A stretch of 64,000 bases of DNA, taken from NCBI GenBank assembly GCA_016871055.1, contig VFZW01000001.1, positions 2,561 to 66,560 of the forward strand, written 5' to 3'. Both the position numbers and the translations under genes were made by a program. The stretch is from Acidobacteriota bacterium. Lineage in GTDB: Bacteria; Acidobacteriota; Terriglobia; Bryobacterales; Bryobacteraceae. Of this stretch, positions 19,884 to 31,297 are shown piece by piece. The number at the start of each line of letters is the position of its first letter. Positions within the stretch are counted from its first letter, which is position 1. The notes below the pieces were generated by a model. It searched no databases, was not told the DNA's origin, and saw only the letters and a list, made by a program, of their open reading frames with translations.

Positions 19884-20644
19884 AACCGCCGCCCGCCGAC
19901 CCATCGCTCGCGCGGTGGCCGCTCGGTTACGACGGTGCGCGCATAGATGCCGCGACGATCAGACTCGACGATCGGCGCGAGGCCGCGAAGATAGGCGAAA
20001 AAGGTCGTGTCGCCGAGGAAAGGGCGCGCCTCGGTGGCTTGGTAGCGCGCGAATAGATTGGCGGCGCTGTCAGGGAGAAGATCGAGGATCGTTCTTTCGA
20101 TGCGGTTGAAGCCTCGTTCGTCCGGATAGTGCTCCAGCAGGCGTTCGATCGCCACGCGCAGATGGGGCAGCGCGCTGAGGTCGTCTTCGAGAAGCGACTC
20201 GGCCGTGCCCTCGGTGAATGCCTTCCACGCCGCGGCGGCGAGCGCGAATGCCTGTGCCTTCAGCGGCTTCTTGTTGGCGGCGAGCGACGCCATTTGATCG
20301 AGTGTCAGCGTGCGCGGGATGTCAATGTAGAAGGCTGTTGTGATGTTCTCCGTATGCAGGAAATCGAGAATCTGCAAGAGCTGTAATTGATCGTAGAGAT
20401 CGTCTTCGAACCACAACCAGACGCTGTCGCGTTGCGCGAGCAGGCGCATCTGGCGGTCGCGGGCTTCGAAGTCCTTTACAGGCACTTCGAGAAACGCGGC
20501 CCGGTTCACGCTTTGTTGCTCAAGCGTAAGTCCGGGCAACACCTCGCCTTCGTGCAAGATATCGCGCCACACGATCAACCTTGGTTCGCCGGCCCAGCGC
20601 CGCAAAAGCGCCGCGACCGCATCCCCATTGGTGATGTGAACCAT
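19874..20644 (-). CDS. DUF1835-like protein, function unknown
   Basis: The N-terminus MVHITNGDAVAALL... and WFEDDLYDQLQLLQILDFL resemble the DUF1835 family. The ATG directly follows the TAG of the upstream GT2 gene. Confidence 0.55.
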   Translation of the reverse strand: MVHITNGDAVAALLRRWAGEPRLIVWRDILHEGEVLPGLTLEQQSVNRAAFLEVPVKDFEARDRQMRLLAQRDSVWLWFEDDLYDQLQLLQILDFLHTENITTAFYIDIPRTLTLDQMASLAANKKPLKAQAFALAAAAWKAFTEGTAESLLEDDLSALPHLRVAIERLLEHYPDERGFNRIERTILDLLPDSAANLFARYQATEARPFLGDTTFFAYLRGLAPIVESDRRGIYARTVVTERPPRERWVGGRRFQK

Positions 20645-22255
20645 CTACCGAGCGGATTCGAGAGCGAGTTGGCGCTGTTTCTGCCACGCCATGCGCTGCT
20701 GATAGTCGAACCAGAACTTCGAAAACGCGGCCCAGTAATAACCGCCGACAAACAGCGAAAGGAAGGGCAGGGCCAGGAAGTTGTAGCTCTCAATGGCGTA
20801 CACCATCATCAGGACGAACCACGAGCCGGCGGCAATTTCGACATACGGCAGCCAGCCCAGGCGGCTCTTGTAGCGGTCGTTGCCGAGCTTTACTTTCTTG
20901 TCTCCAACCGCGTACTTCGGCGTGCGCGCGAAGGCTGTCTGATAGCCGATCAGCGCTTCCATCACAGCTTTGGCGTTACTCAGCGTGAGCGCCACGCCGG
21001 CGGCCATCAACGCGGGCATGTGCCAGATCGACCGCTTCCACGTTGTGGGATGTAGCTGCTTTTGCGCAACGAGGTAGAACGCCGAAATCGACCAGAACGA
21101 CGCGGCCATTAGAGGAATGTCGACGAAGACCATCTGCATCCAACCCATGTAGAAACGCACGATCATCACCGGCAGCATGAGCGCGGACATGATCAGCATC
21201 AGCGGATAGGCGATGTTCGGCGTTAGATGGCAAATCGCTTCCAGTTTCACTCGCCACGGCTGGTCCGATTTCAAGATCATCGGCAACAACTTCTTAGCGC
21301 ACTGGGTCAGGCCCTTGGACCAGCGCGTCTGCTGCACCTGGAAGCCATGCATATCGAACGGCAGTTCCGACGGACACTCGACATCGGGGCAGTACATGAA
21401 CTTCCAGCCCTTTAGCTGCGCGCGGTAGCTCAGGTCGGAATCTTCGGTCAGGGTGTCGTGCTGCCAACCGCCGGCGTCTTCGATCATCTTGACGCGCAAC
21501 AGACCGGCTGTGCCGTTGAAGTTGAAGAAGAGGCCCGCGCCCGCGCGGGCGACGTGCTCCAGGACGAAGTGGCCATCGAGCAGGATCGTCTGCACTTCGG
21601 TCAGCGTGTTGTAGTGGGTGTTCAGATACGTCCAGCGCGTTTGCACTACTCCGACCTTCGGGTCGGCGAAATAGTGGACGGTCTTCTTGAGAAAATCTTC
21701 GGGAACGATGAAGTCGGCGTCGAACACAGCGACGATTTCACCGGTGGCCGACTTGAGGCCTTCCTGCAGGGCCCCGGCTTTGAAGCCATGCCGATTGGTG
21801 CGGTGATGATACTCGATCGGATGGCCGGCGGCGCGGTATTCGGCTACGAGGCGCTCGGTGAACGGATGCGTTTCGTCGGTGGAATCGTCGAGCACTTGAA
21901 TCTGCAGCAGGTGCCTAGGGTAATCGAGCTTGACGATCTGTTCGATCAGCCGTTCGACGACGAAGCGCTCGTTGAATAACGGCAGTTGCACGGTAATCGG
22001 CGGCAGTTCTTCAAACCGCGAAGGCGGCTGGCTGGGCAGGTTCTTTCGGCCCTTGAAGTAGCCGCGTATCATCTCATACCGGTGCATTCCGAAGAACGAC
22101 AAGGCGATGAGAACGGCAAAGTACGGGATCAACAGCGCATAATCGAACGGAGCGAGCTTGTGAACTCCCGCAAACGTATCGTCGAACATTCCGCGCGTGA
22201 ACTCTTCGAACGCCGAGGCGTTTCCGGTAACGAGAAGGGCAAGAAGTAAGGGCAT
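20645..22255 (-). CDS. Family-2 processive glycosyltransferase (cellulose/chitin/hyaluronan-synthase-like)
   Basis: VFDADFIVPEDF (DxD), LTEDSDLSYRA (TED), QVQQTRWSKG (QxxRW), flanked by N- and C-terminal TM helices. Start trimmed to the ATG at 22255 (MPLLLALLV...). Confidence 0.85.
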   Translation of the reverse strand: MPLLLALLVTGNASAFEEFTRGMFDDTFAGVHKLAPFDYALLIPYFAVLIALSFFGMHRYEMIRGYFKGRKNLPSQPPSRFEELPPITVQLPLFNERFVVERLIEQIVKLDYPRHLLQIQVLDDSTDETHPFTERLVAEYRAAGHPIEYHHRTNRHGFKAGALQEGLKSATGEIVAVFDADFIVPEDFLKKTVHYFADPKVGVVQTRWTYLNTHYNTLTEVQTILLDGHFVLEHVARAGAGLFFNFNGTAGLLRVKMIEDAGGWQHDTLTEDSDLSYRAQLKGWKFMYCPDVECPSELPFDMHGFQVQQTRWSKGLTQCAKKLLPMILKSDQPWRVKLEAICHLTPNIAYPLMLIMSALMLPVMIVRFYMGWMQMVFVDIPLMAASFWSISAFYLVAQKQLHPTTWKRSIWHMPALMAAGVALTLSNAKAVMEALIGYQTAFARTPKYAVGDKKVKLGNDRYKSRLGWLPYVEIAAGSWFVLMMVYAIESYNFLALPFLSLFVGGYYWAAFSKFWFDYQQRMAWQKQRQLALESAR

Positions 22256-23498
22256 GAGCTCCAGAGAGTGGTTCGCCTGCTTGTGCGCGGCCGGCATCGA
22301 AGCCGGGTTGCTCGCGTTAGACAGCAAACAACTCGACGCCGTTACAGCCGTCGCATTGTTTGTCGCGATCTCTTTATTATATCTCGGCGCGCTTTGGTCG
22401 GCGGCGCATGTGCGGGGCTCCGTCTTGATCGGCGCGGCGGTTGCCTTCCGCTTGACCGCGTTTTTCATGCCGCCGCATTTTTCCGACGACCTGTACCGAT
22501 ACCGGTGGGAGGGCAGCGCAGCCGCGGCGGGCGTTAATCCCTACGACGCGAGGCCGGGCGACGAACGGCTTGCGTTCCTTCGCGGAGACGACTTCGCGCA
22601 TGTGGACGGTAAAGACTTCAAGGCCGTCTACGGGCCAGCCTTGCAAACGGTGCAGGTCACTCTGTTCCGGCTCGGCGGTGGGTCGCTCAGCGTGATGAAA
22701 CTCGGCGCGTGCATGGCGGAGGCGGTTGTCCTTGTGCTGCTGTTTTTCTGGACGCACGGCGATTCGCGATTGTTTGCCTGGGCGTGGTGTCCACTGCCGA
22801 TCGTCGAGTTCTGGGGCATGGGCCATCACGACGCGATCTTGATCGCGCTAACGCTCTGCGCGCTTTATCTGCTCGAACGGGAATCCTTCGCACGCGCCTT
22901 TGTGTTGCTCGGCTTCGCCGCCGCGACGAAGTATTGGCCGATCCTTCTGCTACCCCATTTCGTACGGAAGCGCTGGTGGCTCGCGCCGGTTCCGATCATC
23001 GTCTTAGCGCTTTGCTGGTGGCCCTGGCACACCGATATCAGCGAGAATATCCGCTACACCAGCGGCTTCGTCGGAGGCTGGCGGAATAACGACATCTTCT
23101 TCGGCGCGTTGCTTGCAGTCGCCGGATCGTTCGATCGCGCGAAAATTGTGGCGCTGGCGCTCATCGCGCTGGCGTCGCTGGCGTCGTACTTTGCACGCTG
23201 CGGGAGGCATGCGCTGGCGATCGTCGCCGGCACGATTCTCGCGGTCTCGGCAAACGTTCATCCCTGGTATGTCTGCTGGCTTTTACCACTGGCTGTCTTC
23301 CGCGCGCCGTACGTGCTTGGCGTTTGGGCCGCCTTGGCGCCGGTGCTCTACACGGTTCTCATCCGCTGGCGCTCCGAACATGTTTGGGACGGCGTTTCGG
23401 CCGTGCGCTGGATTGTCTACCTTCCAGTTGGCGCCGCGATAGTGTTACAACTATTTCAGGTAGATAAGGAGCGCGGGGTTGGAAACCCACATTCGTAA
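22254..23498 (+). CDS. GT-C fold polytopic membrane glycosyltransferase (DUF2029/GT87-like)
   Basis: About 414 aa with at least 10 TM helices. First-loop motif FSDDLYRYRWEGSAAAAGVNPYD is typical of GT87/DUF2029 mannosyltransferase-like proteins. The ATG at 22254 shares a CATG with the divergent GT2 start. Confidence 0.65.
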   Translation: MSSREWFACLCAAGIEAGLLALDSKQLDAVTAVALFVAISLLYLGALWSAAHVRGSVLIGAAVAFRLTAFFMPPHFSDDLYRYRWEGSAAAAGVNPYDARPGDERLAFLRGDDFAHVDGKDFKAVYGPALQTVQVTLFRLGGGSLSVMKLGACMAEAVVLVLLFFWTHGDSRLFAWAWCPLPIVEFWGMGHHDAILIALTLCALYLLERESFARAFVLLGFAAATKYWPILLLPHFVRKRWWLAPVPIIVLALCWWPWHTDISENIRYTSGFVGGWRNNDIFFGALLAVAGSFDRAKIVALALIALASLASYFARCGRHALAIVAGTILAVSANVHPWYVCWLLPLAVFRAPYVLGVWAALAPVLYTVLIRWRSEHVWDGVSAVRWIVYLPVGAAIVLQLFQVDKERGVGNPHS

Positions 23499-23532
23499 TG
23501 CGGGCCGGTTGCTGTACTGATCCGCCATATTT

Positions 23533-23877
23533 ATGGCCGTGATCGCGGTGATTGCCTTCATCGCTGCGGGCGGATTGAGCGGGCTGCTGCTCACCGATAA
23601 TCCGTTCTACAAGCGGAAAGACCTGGCGTCGATTCCGCTTGAGCGCATTGTCGCGCTTGTTTTCATTTGCTACAGCGTATTGATGGCAGCCCCCGTCGCC
23701 ATCGCGGGCAAAGGAATCTCCGAGTTCAAACCATGGGCGCGAACTTTCGGAATGCTGATCGCCGCGATCAACATGTTGAACTTTCCGATCGGCACCGCGA
23801 TCGGCGCTTACACGGTGTGGGCGATGTCGGACGAGACGGCAGAATTCCTGTTCGAGAATCGTCCGCCTAACGCTTAG
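23533..23877 (+). CDS. Hypothetical small membrane protein (about 4 TM)
   Basis: 114-aa hydrophobic ORF. No family recognised. Confidence 0.5.
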   Translation: MAVIAVIAFIAAGGLSGLLLTDNPFYKRKDLASIPLERIVALVFICYSVLMAAPVAIAGKGISEFKPWARTFGMLIAAINMLNFPIGTAIGAYTVWAMSDETAEFLFENRPPNA

Positions 23878-25732
23878 TCTTAAAAGCGTCGAAAATTCCT
23901 TTCAAACCGCTCTTCAACCGCTCTTGTTGCAGCTTTGCTACAGCGCCCGCATCGGGTGTGATCACCGGCTTAGCGAAGGTCCCTCGCACAAGCGAAGGCA
24001 TCATCAACTCGCCGGACGGACTTGCAATAGCGGCGGCCAATAGGTTGCCGACGGCGGTTTTGGCGAGTTCCGCGCTCAACTGTTTGTTCATCGTGGTCAA
24101 CAACCGCAGATCGAGCGATTGATCGATCAGATTCATTCTGCCACTGAACTTAGCCGCAGCGCGATCGAGTTCTAGCGCGATCTCGTCGGTTGTCGCCATG
24201 CCCTGTGCGAAGTTCAAAGTTCCTCGGACAGCGACAAACGGAGTCGACCCGTCCTTCATCAACCCGCCCAGCGCGCCGATCAGGTTCACCGGATTGATCC
24301 TACCCTTGTCGATCGCCAGCGCCAAAGTGCCATCGAGCGACTTCAGCAGGTCCGCGCCGGGTGCGAATCGAATATCGGCGTCGGCCGTGATTGGCCCCGA
24401 AACAGCCTTGGTAATCGTCTGCAAATCGACGCGCTCGAATCGGCCCTTGAAGGCGACCGCGCCGTCCTGCACGGTCAGCGCGCCTGCCATCATGCCGCCA
24501 TTCACGTTCGCCGTCAGTGGTTCAAACTTCATCACGCCGCCTTGCATACCCACTCCCGACTTCACATTCTCGAGAACCTGCGCGTCAACGACAACGCGGC
24601 CGATGGCCACATTCCCAGCCACGCGCGTCGTCGACGGCCCGGGCTTTGCCGTGTACCATTGGCGCATCTCGGCGGCGGAGAGTTTGTCGGCGTTCAAATC
24701 GATCGTCACTTTGTTGCCTCGCGCTTGCACGGAACCTTCGATGTGCGACTCGCCGATCGTTGCGTTCAGATTGTCTATCGAAACTGCCATGTCGTCGTTG
24801 ATGCGTGCGCGGAAGCTGACAACGCCCTTTGCATTGATGCCGCCGAAACCGTACGCCTTAGCCAGCGCGGCGAGATCTTCGATCCGCGCGCTCGGCGCGT
24901 CGATGGTGATGTCGGCGGCAAGATCTTTCATGTAGTTCTTGACGACGCCGAATGCAGTGACCTTGGTGGGCCCGGCGGTTAGTGAGAACCGCGCGGCGGA
25001 GATTCGATCGGGCGTGATGCCGAGTGCGGCCGCGGAAATTCGCAACGGCTCATACAGGCCGCCACCCGCGATTTCGAAGTTCGTCAGCTTTGCGTCGCCG
25101 CTGAGTGCACCATCGCGAATTTTCAAATCCGCGGAGATTGTTCCATTGATCTTTGCGCCGCCCGCCCCATCGCGCGGCGCAACCGAGGTGTTCGGAATGC
25201 GCACCGAGGTTTCGCCTGGCGTGTGAACAAACTCCACGGTCAGCGGGTCGCGGAGTTCGACGGCGCCGAACTTCGGCATTCGCCAAATCGCGCGGCCGGC
25301 GCCTCCGCCCTTGATCGTGGCATCGATATGTTCGTAGAGCTGACCAGAGACGACCACCGTGCCATCGACGATGGTGATTTCTTTGAAAACGACGCCGCTT
25401 TGCGCTTGGCCCGGTTCGCCAGCCCGATGCTCATACACGGGTCGTACGACATCGATACCATCGATCTCGACATCACCGCTCAACAGCGGCAATAAACGCG
25501 AGCGAACGCTCACGTGCTCGGCGGTAAGAACGCCTTCAAGCTTCAGACCGTCAATGCGCAGCGAGAGCGGAAATAGTCGCAATGCGATTCCCTCGAAATC
25601 GACTCGCTTGCCCGTGGCCGCGGTCAACCGTTGCGTCAGGATTGGGCGGAATCGCTCGGCGGAAACGAGATACGGAAGCAGCAGAAACACCGCCGCCAAC
25701 ACTCCGGCAACAATCAGGAATCGGCGCGCCAT
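23867..25732 (-). CDS. AsmA-family outer-membrane biogenesis protein
   Basis: N-terminal anchor MARRFLIVAGVLAAVFLLLPYLV, a long beta-rich body, and C-terminal AsmA_2-like LDGTLALAIDKGRI...GTLNFAQG. Confidence 0.7.
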   Translation of the reverse strand: MARRFLIVAGVLAAVFLLLPYLVSAERFRPILTQRLTAATGKRVDFEGIALRLFPLSLRIDGLKLEGVLTAEHVSVRSRLLPLLSGDVEIDGIDVVRPVYEHRAGEPGQAQSGVVFKEITIVDGTVVVSGQLYEHIDATIKGGGAGRAIWRMPKFGAVELRDPLTVEFVHTPGETSVRIPNTSVAPRDGAGGAKINGTISADLKIRDGALSGDAKLTNFEIAGGGLYEPLRISAAALGITPDRISAARFSLTAGPTKVTAFGVVKNYMKDLAADITIDAPSARIEDLAALAKAYGFGGINAKGVVSFRARINDDMAVSIDNLNATIGESHIEGSVQARGNKVTIDLNADKLSAAEMRQWYTAKPGPSTTRVAGNVAIGRVVVDAQVLENVKSGVGMQGGVMKFEPLTANVNGGMMAGALTVQDGAVAFKGRFERVDLQTITKAVSGPITADADIRFAPGADLLKSLDGTLALAIDKGRINPVNLIGALGGLMKDGSTPFVAVRGTLNFAQGMATTDEIALELDRAAAKFSGRMNLIDQSLDLRLLTTMNKQLSAELAKTAVGNLLAAAIASPSGELMMPSLVRGTFAKPVITPDAGAVAKLQQERLKSGLKGIFDAFKTKR

Positions 25733-25770
25733 GGTTTCATCGTATCCCGCGATGTGGTATTCAATCTGGC

Positions 25771-27981
<2,211 letters not shown>

Positions 27982-28260
27982 ATGGTTTATCGAGGAGTGA
28001 TCGCGCGGATTGCTGTGCTGGAAGGTGCGGCAATTGTAGGGGAGGAATTGCGATTCATTCCCTTGCAGCGTGAGGAGTCGATGATGGCGCCGGGCAAGCT
28101 GCGGTTGCGGGTCACTCGAAGCAAGGCCGGGATTGCGGAGCCTGAAATGCGTGAGCGGCAGTTGGATGAGTTCGACGGGCAGGTGGTCGCCGCAATGGCC
28201 ACGGGGCATGACGACCGCTGGCTTTACGGATGTTCGGATATCTCCGGACAGCAGCCGTAG
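27982..28260 (+). CDS. Hypothetical 92-aa protein, paralog A of a tandem pair
   Basis: The ATG abuts the TAG of the upstream gene. It aligns along its whole length with ORF B (RGV[IV]AR, LRFIPL, RLR[VI]T, TG[HY]D[DE].W[LV]YGC.D). Confidence 0.55.
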   Translation: MVYRGVIARIAVLEGAAIVGEELRFIPLQREESMMAPGKLRLRVTRSKAGIAEPEMRERQLDEFDGQVVAAMATGHDDRWLYGCSDISGQQP

Positions 28261-28273
28261 CGAAGTTACGAAT

Positions 28274-28543
28274 ATGATTATCCGAGGCGTAGTAGCGCGA
28301 GTGTGGACGCAAGGGGTGAAGGCGGAGGCGCTCCGCTTTATTCCGCTGGAGCAGGAAGACAAACCCCTGCGGATGGGGGATCGACGGCTTCGAATTACGA
28401 AAGCGAAGGAAAACGGCAAGAAGCCGGATCTCGACGAGTGGGATCTGAAACCGTTCGCCGGGCGAACGGTGGCGCTTGATATAACGGGATACGACGAACA
28501 ATGGGTCTACGGCTGCGTCGATGTCGCGAGATATCAGCTTTAG
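28274..28543 (+). CDS. Hypothetical 89-aa protein, paralog B of a tandem pair
   Basis: ATG at 28274 within ORF 28133-28543. It shares the motifs listed for paralog A and lies 13 nt after A. Confidence 0.55.
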   Translation: MIIRGVVARVWTQGVKAEALRFIPLEQEDKPLRMGDRRLRITKAKENGKKPDLDEWDLKPFAGRTVALDITGYDEQWVYGCVDVARYQL

Positions 28544-28598
28544 GTCACATAATCTTTGGAACTTCGGCGCCGCGGCCCGGATAACCTAGTAGCAGCGA

Positions 28599-29177
28599 AT
28601 GAAGCTACGGACCGCCGATATCAAAGACGCTAGCGACGAAAGCCTGTTGGACCGGTTGGCGCGGGGCGATGAGGACGCATTCCTGGCGATCTATCGGCGT
28701 CGGCAAAGGGCGGTTTATCGCTATTCGCTGCACATGTCTGGCGATGAAGAAGTGGCGGCGGATGTCGTGCAGGAAATGTTTATCGCCTTGCTGCGTGAAG
28801 CCGGCCGGTTGGACCCTGCGCTTGGTACCGTGCAGGCGTGGTTGTTCGCCGTGGCGCGGAAGCAGGTGTTACGTTGTTTGACGGCACGGCGTCGGTATCT
28901 CTCACTGGAGGAAGATTCGTCCGGCGAACCCTTGGTCGAGGGCTGCGTGTTGGAGGAATTGGAGCAGACGCAGTTGCTGGAAAGACTGCGCGATCTGATT
29001 CCAACGCTGCCGCCGGTCTACCGCGAAGTATTGGTGTTGTGCGATATGCAGGGTTTGGCGTATGAAGCGGCCGCCGCAATCACCGGATGTCCCGTGGGCA
29101 CGGTGCGGTCGCGGCTTCATCGCGCACGGGCTCTGTTAGCAGGAAAACTCAAACCGCTTGTGGGACAAGCATCATGA
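28599..29177 (+). CDS. ECF (group IV) RNA polymerase sigma factor
   Basis: Region 2 (FLAIYRRRQRAVYRYSLHMSGDEEVAADVVQEMFIAL) and region 4 (YREVLVLCDMQGLAYEAAAAITGCPVGTVRSRLHRAR). Confidence 0.9.
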   Translation: MKLRTADIKDASDESLLDRLARGDEDAFLAIYRRRQRAVYRYSLHMSGDEEVAADVVQEMFIALLREAGRLDPALGTVQAWLFAVARKQVLRCLTARRRYLSLEEDSSGEPLVEGCVLEELEQTQLLERLRDLIPTLPPVYREVLVLCDMQGLAYEAAAAITGCPVGTVRSRLHRARALLAGKLKPLVGQAS

Positions 29178-29722
29178 CTCTCGACGAACATCGAAAACTG
29201 AGCGTGCTGATCGAAAAGATCGGCCGGACCGATGACCTCTCGGCGCCACCGCGCGTGGAGGCGGCGTTGCTTGGCGAACTGCGGCGGCGAAGGCAGCGAT
29301 CGGTTGCACTCCGTGTCGCGGCGCCCTTGGCGCTGGCCGCGGTTTTGCTGATCGGCCTGCTCGTCGCGCCGAAGCCCACTGAACAGACGCCGAACACTGC
29401 ACCGATCGCCGTGGCGCCTGCGCCGCCGATACCAGTGACGGAAGCGCCGCCGGCTGTATTGAAGACTCGCGTGGTTCGCAGTCGCCGTGCGGCGCCGCCC
29501 GTGCGTATGGCCGATACCGGCTTCCTGCCGGTCGGAGCCTGGCAACTCGCCGAGCCGATCGAACGCGGCAGCATCATGCGCGTCAAGCTCCCGCGCTCCG
29601 CAATGAACGATTTCGGAATCCCCGTAAGCATGGAGCGCTGGCACGAACAGATTCCGGCCGACGTCATGTTGGCCGAGGACGGCAGCGTCCGTGCCGTCCG
29701 ATTCATTTCCCCGATGCAATAG
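29174..29722 (+). CDS. Single-pass membrane protein, putative cognate anti-sigma factor
   Basis: ATGA overlap with the sigma gene. One TM helix (VAAPLALAAVLLIGLLVA) and a Pro-rich linker. No zinc-binding HxxxCxxC motif, so the assignment rests on position only. Confidence 0.5.
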   Translation: MTLDEHRKLSVLIEKIGRTDDLSAPPRVEAALLGELRRRRQRSVALRVAAPLALAAVLLIGLLVAPKPTEQTPNTAPIAVAPAPPIPVTEAPPAVLKTRVVRSRRAAPPVRMADTGFLPVGAWQLAEPIERGSIMRVKLPRSAMNDFGIPVSMERWHEQIPADVMLAEDGSVRAVRFISPMQ

Positions 29723-29734
29723 AAAGGAACTACC

Positions 29735-30748
29735 ATGAAGAAACACCTGATCTTGACGGCGGCTTCCGCCGCCGCGCTAGTCGCCCAAGCGCCCACGCCG
29801 GGCATAAGGATCGAATCGCGAGAAGCGATTCATGTAGTGGGCGCGCCGGCGGGAGGACAAGGCGCATTCTCGTTCGTCACGGCCGAGATGGGCTTTGAGA
29901 TGGGCGACGTGAAGGGAGTGCCGTTCACCGGCGAGTTCGTGAGTGAAACGGTGCAGACGTTGGCCGACGGCAATCGCATCAAATCATCCAACAGCACCGC
30001 TTACGCACGCGACGGCGAGGGCCGCTCGCGGCGCGAGATGTCCATCGGCGCGATCGGCCCATGGGCTGGCGGACAACAGCACAAATCCGTTTTCATCCAC
30101 GATCCGGTATCGAAGATCGACTACGTCCTCGACCCGCAGGCGAAGACCGCGCGCAAGATCAACATCGGCACACTCGCTTCCAAGGCCGTGACCGCCGGCG
30201 GGCCTGCGAAGGTGACAGCCACGTTCACGAAAAAAGTCGCCACCGTTAACGGCGAGACAACGACGGTGGAGGAGAAGATAGAAGGCCCCGCCGACGGTCC
30301 CAAGCGGGTGATGGTCTTTCACGGCGACGATGGCGCTAAGCATGAGTTCTCGGCCCCCGAACGCATCGCATTGCCTGGCGGTTTGGTCTTCCAAGGCGAT
30401 GGCAAGAGCGCCACAGCCGCGCCAAACGTGAAGACGGAGAAGCTCGGCAAACGGATTATCGAAGGCGTCGAGGCGGAGGGGACGCGCACGACTGTTACGA
30501 TTCCCGCCGGGCAGATCGGTAACGAACTTCCGCTCGACACGGTGTCGGAACGTTGGTACTCGAACGAATTGAAGACCGTCGTCCTCACCACGCGCAAGGA
30601 TCCGCGCAACGGCGAAACCACGTACAAACTGACCAACCTCCGGCGCGGCGAACCAGCCCGCCAGATCTTCGAAGTACCGTCCGACTACAAGGTTACCGAA
30701 GGGGGCGGCGAATTCAACATCATCCGCATGAGAAAGGACGAGAAGTAG
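29735..30748 (+). CDS. Secreted hypothetical protein (337 aa)
   Basis: Signal peptide MKKHLILTAASAAALVAQA, beta-rich composition. No family recognised. Confidence 0.55.
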   Translation: MKKHLILTAASAAALVAQAPTPGIRIESREAIHVVGAPAGGQGAFSFVTAEMGFEMGDVKGVPFTGEFVSETVQTLADGNRIKSSNSTAYARDGEGRSRREMSIGAIGPWAGGQQHKSVFIHDPVSKIDYVLDPQAKTARKINIGTLASKAVTAGGPAKVTATFTKKVATVNGETTTVEEKIEGPADGPKRVMVFHGDDGAKHEFSAPERIALPGGLVFQGDGKSATAAPNVKTEKLGKRIIEGVEAEGTRTTVTIPAGQIGNELPLDTVSERWYSNELKTVVLTTRKDPRNGETTYKLTNLRRGEPARQIFEVPSDYKVTEGGGEFNIIRMRKDEK

Positions 30749-30757
30749 ACTGGAAGT

Positions 30758-31297
30758 GTGGCTGCGCTTCCCAATCCGCTGACCGATCTTGAACTCGTAA
30801 CTCTCTCCAAAGCGCTGGCCGTACTCACGTCGATGATTACGCCAGCGCTTTTGATTTCGGCGACCGGTACATTTATTCTCTCGACCTCGAGCCGGCTCGG
30901 CCGGTGCGTCGACCGCATTCGTAAGATATCCGATCTCCTCGAGTACCAGGTCGATCCATCCACGCAGCAGCCGCTGTCGGAAGATCGGAAACAGATGCTT
31001 CTCCGTCTGCTGGAGATCGCCGGGCAACGGGCGCGCATTCTGGCGAGAGTGATGATCAGCTTCTATTTCGCCGCGGGCATCTTTGTGTTCACGAGCGTGG
31101 CGATTGGCATTGCGTCCGTGTTCGTCACCCAGCTAAGCTGGTTGCCGCTGGCTCTCGGCATGACCGGGGCGCTGTTCCTGAGCTATGGGGCGTACCGGCT
31201 GATTGTCGAGGCTCGGCTGTCGGAAGAAGGGCTGCTCGAAGAAATCGCTTTCGTCGAGAAAGGCGCTGCCATCCACACACGAGGAGAAACAACATGA
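30758..31297 (+). CDS. DUF2721-like membrane protein
   Basis: SMITPALLISATGTFILSTSSRLGRCVDRIRKI matches the DUF2721 signature. Two further TM helices. GTG start. Confidence 0.6.
   Translation: MAALPNPLTDLELVTLSKALAVLTSMITPALLISATGTFILSTSSRLGRCVDRIRKISDLLEYQVDPSTQQPLSEDRKQMLLRLLEIAGQRARILARVMISFYFAAGIFVFTSVAIGIASVFVTQLSWLPLALGMTGALFLSYGAYRLIVEARLSEEGLLEEIAFVEKGAAIHTRGETT

Noticed and set aside
22256-22468. N-terminal extensions offered by the ORF track (22256-22468 on GT2, 25582-25770, 32665-33003, 61933-62010, 5570-5737, 13629-13955, 57327-57416).
   Set aside because: The extensions overlap neighbouring well-supported genes and have shadow-ORF composition. Homology, signal peptides or 4-nt overlaps begin at the internal starts I chose.
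28558-28584. An ECF-type promoter (GGAAC -35) upstream of the sigma factor gene, considered as a feature call.
   Set aside because: GGAAC is present, but at the expected 16-17 nt spacing the sequence is GGATAA rather than a CGT-containing -10. It is mentioned within a finding but is too weak to list as a feature.
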